DNA of 64,000 nt from Eubacteriales bacterium (GTDB lineage Bacteria > Bacillota > Clostridia > Tissierellales > Dethiosulfatibacteraceae): the NCBI GenBank assembly GCA_046482875.1, contig JAWOEG010000019.1, positions 9,605-73,604 of the forward strand. Reading direction: 5' to 3'. Position 1 is the stretch's first letter. Each line of letters begins with the position of its first letter. Both the position numbers and the translations under genes were made by a program. Below the pieces are notes generated by a model, which was given only the letters and a program-made list of their open reading frames with translations, did no database searches and was not told the origin of the DNA. This document shows positions 55,327 to 63,192 of this stretch, one piece after another.

Positions 55327-56433
55327 TTGAATTGGATATAAATGATATAAAAGGAAAAATAACAGAGTACAATAAAAAAATACAAGAAATAGGTGTTTCT
55401 CTTTGACCCCTCTAAACTAAAAGAACAAAAAGAAAAACTTCATAAAAAGATGCAGTCTCAAGGATTCTGGGATAATCCTGAAAAAGCAAAAAACATATCT
55501 ACTAAAGCAAACTCAATAGAAAATATAATAAAGAAATATAATGACATAAAAAATGAAATTGAAGAAATAGAAATACTAGTAGAGATGTCAGAAGAAGAAG
55601 AGGATAACAGTCAGATAAAAGAATTAACTAATATGATAAAAAAACTTGATAAAAAACTTGAAGAGTTCAGATTAGAAATCCTACTAAATGAGGAATACGA
55701 TTCAAACAACTGTATTCTTTCAATCCATGCAGGAGCTGGTGGAACTGAAGCTCAGGATTGGGTTGAAATGCTTCTTAGAATGTACACAAGATGGTCGGAG
55801 AGTAAGGGTTATAAAGTTGATTTTTTAGATTATTTATCCGGAAGTGATGCAGGAGTAAAAAGTGTAACCCTTATAATAAAGGGCGAAAATGCATACGGAT
55901 ATTTAAAAGCTGAAAAAGGTGTTCACCGGCTTGTTAGAATTTCACCTTTTGACTCATCTAATAGAAGACATACTTCCTTTGCTTCAGTGGATGTAGTTCC
56001 AGAACTTGAAGAAATTCCGGATTTAGAAATTGATCCTTCAAATTTAAAAATAGATACATATAGAGCAAGTGGTGCTGGAGGTCAACATGTAAATACAACG
56101 GATTCTGCAGTTCGTATTACTCATTTGCCAACAGGAGTAGTAGTTACATGTCAAAACGAAAGATCTCAGATTAAAAACAGAGAAACTGCAATGAAAATGC
56201 TTTCAGCAAAACTAATCGAAATTCAAATAATAGAACAAAAGGAAAAAATAGATGATATTCAGGGCGATTACAGTCAAATAGCCTGGGGTAGCCAGATTAG
56301 ATCATATGTTTTTCATCCTTATAACATGGTTAAGGATCATAGAACAGATGCTGAAACAGGAAATGTACAAAGTGTGATGGACGGCAATATAGATTTATTT
56401 ATAAATGAATACTTAGTACAGAAGAAAAAATAA
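55323..56433 (+). CDS. prfB: peptide chain release factor 2, requires programmed +1 ribosomal frameshift (join 55323..55403, 55405..56433)
   Basis: Frame 0 runs ATG 55323 ...[27 protein letters not shown] and ends at the in-frame TGA (55404-55406) within the canonical CTT TGA C slippery context. The +1 frame continues [12 protein letters not shown]... to the SPF motif (RISPFDS) and GGQ motif ([16 protein letters not shown]). The start overlaps the secA stop (ATGA). Confidence 0.92.
55391..55407 (+). other. RF2 autoregulatory +1 frameshift site
   Basis: An SD-like AGGTG (55391-55395) lies upstream of CTT TGA C (55401-55407). Confidence 0.9.
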
Positions 56434-56454
56434 CACAAGCGAGGAGTATAGCCA

Positions 56455-58740
56455 ATGAATATAATAAAACAAATATGTAACGAATTAAAATTAAAAGAAA
56501 ACCAAGTAAAAAATGCTGTAAAATTAATCGATGAGGGAAACACTATTCCATTTATTGCTAGATACAGAAAAGAGCAAACTGGATCTTTAGATGATGTAGA
56601 ACTAAGAGATTTAAATGAAAGACTTTCTTATTTAAGAAACTTAGTAGATAGAAAAGAAGAAGTAATTCGATTAATTGATGAACAAGACAAACTAACTGAT
56701 GAATTAAGAGGAGAGATTAATAAGGCGGAAGTACTACAAAGAGTTGAAGATCTTTACAGGCCTTACAAACAAAAAAGAAAAACAAGAGCAACAAAGGCTA
56801 AAGCAAAAGGTTTAGAACCCCTCGCGGATATTATATTATCGGAAGAAATAGAGTCGGGAAATATAGAAGATATAGCTGAAGAATATGTAAATGAAGAAAT
56901 GGAAGTAGAAAGTGCTCAGAAAGCTTTAGATGGAGCAAAAGATATAATAGCTGAAATAATTTCAGACAATCCGGATTTTAGAAAAGATATAAGAGATATT
57001 TTTTATAATGAAGGAACTTTAATATGTGAAGCAACCGACTCAGATAAGCAAAGTGTTTACGAAATGTATTATAAATTCGAAGAAGCTGTAAATAAAATAG
57101 CAAATCACAGAGTTTTAGCGATTAACAGAGGTGAAAAAGAAGAATTTATAAAAGTTAAATTATCAGTACCAGAAGAAAAAATTATAAGTATATTATCTAA
57201 TCAATCTATAACAAATGAAGAAGCAATAACAACCCAATATTATAAAGATGCTATTGAAGATGGTTACAAGAGACTTATAAATCCTTCCATAGAAAGAGAA
57301 ATTAGAAACCTACTAACTGAGAGAGCTGAAGATGAAGCTATAAAAGTTTTTGCTAAGAACACAAAAAACCTGTTATTAGCACCACCAATCAAAGATGCAT
57401 CTGTATTAGCAGTTGACCCATCTTTTAGAACAGGGTGTAAACTTACAGCTTTAGATGGATCAGGAAATTTGCTTGATTATACAACTATATATCCAAATGA
57501 ACCTAGAAACGAAATAAAAAAATCTAGAAAACTAGTAATTGAGTGGATAAATAAATATAATATAGATATTATAGCTATTGGTAATGGTACTGCAGCAAGA
57601 GAAACAGAGCATTTTGTTTCAGAAAGCCTTAATGAAATAGAAAGAAAAGTAGCATATACTATTGTAAGCGAAGCTGGAGCCTCTGTTTATTCGGCTTCAA
57701 AGATTGCAAATGAAGAATTTCCTAAGATAGATGTTTCTATAAGAGGAGCTATATCAATAGGTAGGAGACTTCAAGACCCATTGGCAGAGCTTGTAAAGAT
57801 AGACCCAAAAAGCATAGGAGTAGGTCAATATCAGCATGATGTTAATCAAAAAAAATTAGGTGAATCTTTGGACGGAGTAGTTGAAGACTGTGTAAACAGC
57901 GTAGGAGTTGACCTAAATACGGCATCAAAACCACTGTTAGAACACATATCAGGATTAACAAAATCTACTGCTAAAAATATTATAAAATATAGAGATAAAA
58001 ATGGTAAATTTACAAACAGACAGCAGTTGATGGAAGTAAGTAGATTGGGAGAGAAAGCCTTTGAACAGGCAGCTGGATTCTTAAGAATTTACAATGGAGA
58101 TAATCCTTTAGATAAAACCGGTGTTCATCCTGAAACCTACGATAATACTCTTAAGCTTTTAGATAAGCTGAACTATTCCCTAAAAGAGTTGGAAAAGGAA
58201 AAACTAGATAATATTAAGGTGAAGATAATTGAAATAGAAATAGATGAACCTAAGGTAGAATTAGCTACTTCTGGAAAAAGCTTCAAAAGTCTACAGGATT
58301 TAAAAAAGCTAAATTTAAATACAAAGAAAAAATCATCTGAAGAAAAATATAAAGATAGAATAAAGTTCTTATCGGAAAAATTAAATATAGGAATACCAAC
58401 GCTAGAAGACATAGTTAAGGAATTAAGAAAACCCGGTCGTGATCCAAGAGAAGATATGCCGGCACCTATATTTAGAAACGATATATTAAAAATAGATGAC
58501 TTACAGCAGGGAATGATGCTTAAAGGTACAGTTAGAAATGTTGTTGATTTTGGAGCCTTTGTAGATATAGGATTGAAGCAGGATGGATTAGTCCATATTT
58601 CTCAGATGAGCGATAAATTTATAAAAAATCCACTTGATGTAGTTCAGGTAGGAGATACAGTAAATGTTACAATAATATCTATTGATAAAGAAAGAGAAAG
58701 AATTTCTCTAAGTATGAAGAAAAAAGGAAAAACGAAGTAA
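56455..58740 (+). CDS. tex: Tex-like transcription accessory protein (YqgF/HhH/S1 domains)
   Basis: 761 aa. The N-terminus is typical of Tex (NQVKNAVKLIDEGNTIPFIARYRKEQTG). It has a RuvC/YqgF-like core (IIAIGNGTAARETE) and a C-terminal S1 domain (GTVRNVVDFGAFVDIG...GLVHISQM). Confidence 0.93.
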   Translation: MNIIKQICNELKLKENQVKNAVKLIDEGNTIPFIARYRKEQTGSLDDVELRDLNERLSYLRNLVDRKEEVIRLIDEQDKLTDELRGEINKAEVLQRVEDLYRPYKQKRKTRATKAKAKGLEPLADIILSEEIESGNIEDIAEEYVNEEMEVESAQKALDGAKDIIAEIISDNPDFRKDIRDIFYNEGTLICEATDSDKQSVYEMYYKFEEAVNKIANHRVLAINRGEKEEFIKVKLSVPEEKIISILSNQSITNEEAITTQYYKDAIEDGYKRLINPSIEREIRNLLTERAEDEAIKVFAKNTKNLLLAPPIKDASVLAVDPSFRTGCKLTALDGSGNLLDYTTIYPNEPRNEIKKSRKLVIEWINKYNIDIIAIGNGTAARETEHFVSESLNEIERKVAYTIVSEAGASVYSASKIANEEFPKIDVSIRGAISIGRRLQDPLAELVKIDPKSIGVGQYQHDVNQKKLGESLDGVVEDCVNSVGVDLNTASKPLLEHISGLTKSTAKNIIKYRDKNGKFTNRQQLMEVSRLGEKAFEQAAGFLRIYNGDNPLDKTGVHPETYDNTLKLLDKLNYSLKELEKEKLDNIKVKIIEIEIDEPKVELATSGKSFKSLQDLKKLNLNTKKKSSEEKYKDRIKFLSEKLNIGIPTLEDIVKELRKPGRDPREDMPAPIFRNDILKIDDLQQGMMLKGTVRNVVDFGAFVDIGLKQDGLVHISQMSDKFIKNPLDVVQVGDTVNVTIISIDKERERISLSMKKKGKTK

Positions 58741-58744
58741 ATTA

Positions 58745-58796
58745 AAAACTCCCCCTTAAAAGTTAGGTATGATACTAACTCTTAAGGGGGAGTTTT
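58745..58796. terminator. bidirectional rho-independent terminator between tex and the apbE-like gene
   Basis: Long hairpin AAAACTCCCCCTTAA.../...TTAAGGGGGAGTTTT with flanking A and T runs. Confidence 0.8.
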
Positions 58797-58798
58797 AA

Positions 58799-59854
58799 TT
58801 AATCAAGAAGTTCGTAATTGCTGCTATCGAAATTAAAATTCTCTTTTAAACCTTCAGTTACATAAACTTCATGATTTTTATTAATAAAAATAGCTTCAAC
58901 ATTGTTTAAATTCTCAATAATGTTTATTCCTTTATCCCAACCTGATAATAGGACTGATGTTGAAAGAGCATCTGCTTCAAAGGATTCTTCAGTTATTATG
59001 CTAACACTTTTAATCTCAGTTTCCACTGGGGAGCCGGTTTTAGGATTTAATATGTGATGATATCTAACCCCGTCTTCTACAAAAAAACGTTCATAGTCAC
59101 CGGAAGAAACAATTGTTACATCTTTACCAGTATACACACCAATATTTCCTCCCCTTGTTTCATCGGGGTCCTGAATTCCAATTCTAAATAATGTACCATC
59201 GGGCTTAGAGCCAATAAGTTGAACATTTCCACCTAAGTTAATTATAGCACTTTTCACACCTAACTCATAAAGTTTTTCTTCTACTTTATCGGCTATATAT
59301 CCTTTTGCGATAGCTCCTAAGTTAGCTATCATACCTTCATCTTTTAAAAATACTGTTCCTTCATTTTTATTTATTTTAATTTTTTTATAATCTATTAATT
59401 TAATAGAGTCATTGATTTCATTTTTTGTAGGAATTTTAGCTGATTCTGTACCTATGCCCCATAAGTCAATAAGGGGACCAGCTGTGATATCAAAAAGCCC
59501 ATGGGTTAATTGAGAATACTTCATTGATTTTTCAAGTACTTTAATTGTATCTTCAGAAACCTGTACAGGCTTAATACCAGCATTATCCTTTAATAAATCT
59601 AAGTCGCTTCCTTCTACATGGACACTTAAAATATTTTCTAATCTTTCGATTTCTTCAAATATTTTAGGAAAAAGGCTTTCGTCTTCAGTTCCGTAGAGGG
59701 TTATATTAACATGAGTATTCAGTAAAAATTCACTTTCACTAATTTTGGAATTATTAACAATTCCACTATCTTCATCTTTACAACCTGTAAAGGTAAAAAT
59801 TAAAGATATTAGCAATAGAAATATTATTATTTTAGTCTTAAATATATTTTTCAT
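58799..59854 (-). CDS. apbE: FAD:protein FMN transferase (ApbE/FmnB-like) lipoprotein
   Basis: 351 aa. Signal peptide and lipobox (FTFTGC). ApbE family motifs are present (FDITAGPLIDLWG, GAIAKGYIADKV, INLGGNV, SGDYERFF, HHILNPKTG). Confidence 0.88.
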   Translation of the reverse strand: MKNIFKTKIIIFLLLISLIFTFTGCKDEDSGIVNNSKISESEFLLNTHVNITLYGTEDESLFPKIFEEIERLENILSVHVEGSDLDLLKDNAGIKPVQVSEDTIKVLEKSMKYSQLTHGLFDITAGPLIDLWGIGTESAKIPTKNEINDSIKLIDYKKIKINKNEGTVFLKDEGMIANLGAIAKGYIADKVEEKLYELGVKSAIINLGGNVQLIGSKPDGTLFRIGIQDPDETRGGNIGVYTGKDVTIVSSGDYERFFVEDGVRYHHILNPKTGSPVETEIKSVSIITEESFEADALSTSVLLSGWDKGINIIENLNNVEAIFINKNHEVYVTEGLKENFNFDSSNYELLD

Positions 59855-59874
59855 TATACCACCTTAACAAAATA

Positions 59875-59898
59875 AAAACCGGGCAAAGCCCGGTTTCT
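59875..59898 (-). terminator. intrinsic terminator between the PplA-like gene and apbE (minus strand)
   Basis: The minus-strand RNA reads AAACCGGGC-UUU-GCCCGGUUU followed by UUAUUUU. This GC-rich stem in an AT-rich genome lies 14 nt after the upstream stop. Confidence 0.7.
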
Positions 59899-59911
59899 AT
59901 AATTAACTAAT

Positions 59912-60805
59912 CTATTTTACAGCTTCGTTAAAAAGTTCAACCATTTCATCTACATGAATAGAAACACCAGCTATAGCATCAGTATAACCATCTTCCATAG
60001 AAACGTCAAGGTTTTGGTTTTCAACTATATATTCTTCAACTAATGCAGCTTGTTCGTACCATTCAAGTTCTGCACCGCCGTTTTCCTTCATACCGTATTC
60101 TTCTTTAAGAGTTTTCTTATCATCGAATTCACCCTCATCATTTTCAGAAGTAGCTACACCATTTACATTAGCACTAACTATAGTACCGTTAACTACTGTA
60201 AGTTGAAGCATTGATTGCCAATTGTCATCTTCAGTAACTTCAGCAACTGCCATTGGAAAACCGTCAGTATAGTCACCTTCAGATACTGGTCCGTTAGCTA
60301 CAGCTTTTTCAGCAAGGTCAAAGAATTCAACAACGTGAATACTAACACCAGCTATAGCATCAGTATGACCGTCTTCATCAGTATAAAAATCTTCAGGTAC
60401 TTCTACAGATTGATTTTCTAAGAAATAATCAATAGTAGCGTCAGCCTGCTCATACCAGTAAGAACTAGCATCGCCGTATGCTACCATACCGTATTCACCA
60501 TTTACTGATTGATCGTATTTATTAGTTTGAGGAACTATGTTAGTACCTTTCCACTGTGCATCTACAAATTCTCCATCTTCAACAGTTAAAATAACATGAT
60601 ACTTCCAACCTGTTCCGCCGAATTCATCCTGTTCTGCGTAGTATATACCATCTTCATAATTAACTTTATTAGCTGGTTCTTCTGATTCTTCAGCTGGTTC
60701 TTCAGATTCTTCAGCTGGTTCTTCAGATTCTTCAGCTGGAGAACATGCTACAACACCAGATAAAACTAGTACCATTACTAAAATAAAAACTAGTATTTTT
60801 TTCAT
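59912..60805 (-). CDS. surface lipoprotein with two tandem FMN-binding-like domains (PplA-like candidate flavinylation substrate)
   Basis: 297 aa. Lipobox LSGVVAC, then (EESEEPA)x3 in the linker. Two homologous domains follow, each ending in YTD...TDAIAGVSIHV. An ApbE gene lies immediately downstream and an Ndh2 gene is divergent upstream. Confidence 0.65.
   Translation of the reverse strand: MKKILVFILVMVLVLSGVVACSPAEESEEPAEESEEPAEESEEPANKVNYEDGIYYAEQDEFGGTGWKYHVILTVEDGEFVDAQWKGTNIVPQTNKYDQSVNGEYGMVAYGDASSYWYEQADATIDYFLENQSVEVPEDFYTDEDGHTDAIAGVSIHVVEFFDLAEKAVANGPVSEGDYTDGFPMAVAEVTEDDNWQSMLQLTVVNGTIVSANVNGVATSENDEGEFDDKKTLKEEYGMKENGGAELEWYEQAALVEEYIVENQNLDVSMEDGYTDAIAGVSIHVDEMVELFNEAVK
60671..60740. 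repeat. 21-bp tandem repeat, 3.3 copies, inside the PplA-like gene
   Basis: Copies are AGCTGGTTCTTCTGATTCTTC (60671-60691), AGCTGGTTCTTCAGATTCTTC (60692-60712), the same sequence again (60713-60733), then a partial AGCTGGA. The repeat encodes (PAEESEE)n in the lipoprotein linker. Confidence 0.95.
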
Positions 60806-61173
60806 AAAATAACCTCCATTTATAATATTTGTTATTATAATAAACTAAATTTGAATAAAATTCAAGGTATATTTAGTATATCGTTAATTAAATAACTGTA
60901 ATAATTGGATATTTCATATTTATTATTATTTAATTTGACTATTATATAAAATTGTTTTATTATATGAAATAAGAATCAACAATAATTTTATATAATAGCT
61001 TAATAATATAAATAAAATATTAATATAAGTAATGAATTGTTTGAAATTGCTTTTAAAAGAACCTTAATAAGGTTAAATAAGGTTATAATTGTGTTAAATA
61101 TTTATTTATGTTATAATAATTATAAATAATAAAAACATTATAAAATTAATAAAAATAAAAGAGGTGATTTTAG

Positions 61174-63123
61174 TTGGGTAAGAAGATAGTAATACTTGGT
61201 GGAAGTTATGCAGGTGTTAAGGCAGGAAAGACACTGCACAAACAATTCAAGGATAAGGATGATGTTGAAATAACATTAATTGACAAAAACCATTTCCATA
61301 CTCTGATGACGGAACTACATGAAGTAGCGGCTTTTAGAACTGAGCCGGAATCAATTAAAATAGATTTGTTTAAAATTTTTGCAGAAAGAAAGGTAAATGT
61401 AGTAGTTGATAAAATTAATAATATTAATTTTAAAGAACAGAAACTATATTCGGATAAAACTGAATATGATTACGATTATTTAGTTTTAGCAACAGGCAAT
61501 GAATCTAATTTTTTTGGAGTAGAAGGAGCAGAAGAAAATGCCTTCACACTGTGGGCATATGAAGATGCTGTTAAAATAAGGAAGCATGTTGAAGAAATGT
61601 TCTTAAAAGCTTCATATGAAAAAGATGAAGAAGAAAGAAAAAGAATGTTAACCTTTGCTGTATGTGGTGGAGGATTCACAGGTGTTGAAATGGCTGGCGA
61701 ATTAGGAGACGCAAAAAAAAGTTTATGTAGTAAATACGGTATTGATGAAAAGGAAATAACGATATATAATATAGAAGCATTAGATAGAATACTTAATATG
61801 CTAGAAAGTGATGCGCAGGTTAATAAGGTAGAAGATAAGTACTATAAAAAACTTGGAGTAGAACTTTTAAAAAATGCTCCTATAGTAAAGGTAGATAAAG
61901 ATTCGATTACTTTAAAAGATGGTAGGGTAATACCTACTTATACATTAATCTGGACTGCAGGTATTAAAAACTGCGATTTTTGTTCTGGTTTAGGTTTGGA
62001 AACTGGCAAAGGTGGAAGAATTCTAGTAGATGAAAATATGAAAACAAAGTCCTACGACAATGTATATTCAGCAGGAGATAATACATATTATGAAGACGAA
62101 GACGGAGTTCTTCCTCAAATAGTAGAGGCAGCAGAACAATCTGGACATACGGCGGCACTTAATATTGCAGCTGAGATCAATAATACAGAAAAACATAAAC
62201 ATAAACAAAATTACCACGGATTTATGGTTTCTATAGGTTCCAGATATGCAGTAGCAGATACGGGATTTAAAACAAGCGGATGGTTTGCAATGCTCATTAA
62301 GCATTTTGTAAATTTTTACTACCAGTTCTTAGTATCTGGTGTTAGACAGTTATGGAACTACTGGATGCACGAATTTTTCCATGTTAAAAATAAGAGATCT
62401 TTTGTTGGTGGACATTTTGCTAAAAGATCACCTAATTTCTGGCTACTCCCTTTAAGAGTTTGGTTAGGATTTATGTGGTTGGTAGAGGGTGTTAAGAAGA
62501 TAGATGAAGGATGGCTATCAGAACAAAAGATGTATGCGTCCACACCGGCGGCTGCGGATGCAGGAGCAGGAGCTTCAGCAGCAGATGCAACAGCAGCAGC
62601 TTCAGGAGCAGCAGATACAACAGCAGCAGCAGCAGCGGATACAACAGCAGGAGCAACGGCTTGGGAAGCAGCAACATCAGGAGCTGTAGAAGGTGGAGGC
62701 GAGGCCGCAGCAAGCAATATGCCCGAATTTGCTCAATGGGTTACGGATCACACACCTTCAGGATATGGTGAAGCATTATTTGAAGAAGTACCTGGCTTTA
62801 TGCAGTGGATTATCGATAATATAGTAGCTCCAAACGCAGTTCCTTTCCAAACAGGAATGGTACTAATGGAAATCGCTATAGGATTAGCTTTGATTGTAGG
62901 TTTATTTACTTTTATAAGCTCTATAATAAGTGTTGGTTTAGTAATAGGAATATCTTTAACAGGTATGTCGGATGCTACTATACTTTGGTACTTATTTGCT
63001 GGTATAGCACTCATAGCAGGATCAGGAAGCGTTTTTGGTTTAGATTACTACATCTTACCAAAATTAAAAGAATGGTGGAAGAATACTAAGTTTGCACGGA
63101 AGTCCTACTTGTATTTCGATTAA
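61174..63123 (+). CDS. ndh: type II NADH dehydrogenase (NDH-2) fused to a C-terminal DoxX-like polytopic membrane domain (EET-type Ndh2-like)
   Basis: TTG start behind AGAGGTGA. There are two dinucleotide folds (IVILGGSYAGV, VCGGGFTGVEMAGEL) and a GD motif (YSAGDN). Residues from about 415 onward have a DoxX-like first helix (LLPLRVWLGFMWLVEGVKKI), then an Ala/Thr/Gly low-complexity insert, then three more TM helices. Confidence 0.8.
   Translation: MGKKIVILGGSYAGVKAGKTLHKQFKDKDDVEITLIDKNHFHTLMTELHEVAAFRTEPESIKIDLFKIFAERKVNVVVDKINNINFKEQKLYSDKTEYDYDYLVLATGNESNFFGVEGAEENAFTLWAYEDAVKIRKHVEEMFLKASYEKDEEERKRMLTFAVCGGGFTGVEMAGELGDAKKSLCSKYGIDEKEITIYNIEALDRILNMLESDAQVNKVEDKYYKKLGVELLKNAPIVKVDKDSITLKDGRVIPTYTLIWTAGIKNCDFCSGLGLETGKGGRILVDENMKTKSYDNVYSAGDNTYYEDEDGVLPQIVEAAEQSGHTAALNIAAEINNTEKHKHKQNYHGFMVSIGSRYAVADTGFKTSGWFAMLIKHFVNFYYQFLVSGVRQLWNYWMHEFFHVKNKRSFVGGHFAKRSPNFWLLPLRVWLGFMWLVEGVKKIDEGWLSEQKMYASTPAAADAGAGASAADATAAASGAADTTAAAAADTTAGATAWEAATSGAVEGGGEAAASNMPEFAQWVTDHTPSGYGEALFEEVPGFMQWIIDNIVAPNAVPFQTGMVLMEIAIGLALIVGLFTFISSIISVGLVIGISLTGMSDATILWYLFAGIALIAGSGSVFGLDYYILPKLKEWWKNTKFARKSYLYFD
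62536..62716 (+). repeat. GC-rich GCA/GCN-rich imperfect repeat encoding an Ala/Thr/Gly/Asp low-complexity linker within ndh
   Basis: The DNA is dominated by GCAGCAGAT(G/A)CAACAGCAGCAGC-like units and encodes STPAAADAGAGASAADATAAASGAADTTAAAAADTTAGATAWEAATSGAVEGGGEAAAS. The absence of stop codons in most frames generates the four overlapping track ORFs here. Confidence 0.9.
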
Positions 63124-63134
63124 ATTAATTGGTT

Positions 63135-63170
63135 AATGCCTTACTGTCTTAAAGGCAGTAAGGCATTTTT
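63135..63170 (+). terminator. rho-independent terminator after ndh
   Basis: Stem AATGCCTTACTG (63135-63146) / CAGTAAGGCATT (63156-63167) followed by TTTTT. Confidence 0.8.
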
Positions 63171-63192
63171 ATGAATATGATATGGTGATAAT

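Noticed and set aside
62358-62771. Four overlapping ORFs on both strands (62358-62717, 62492-62713, 62504-62689, 62511-62771)
   Set aside because: All fall in the GC-rich GCA/GCN-rich repeat inside ndh, where stop codons are absent in most frames. The Gln-, Leu-, Ala- or Ser/Arg-rich translations are repeat artefacts.
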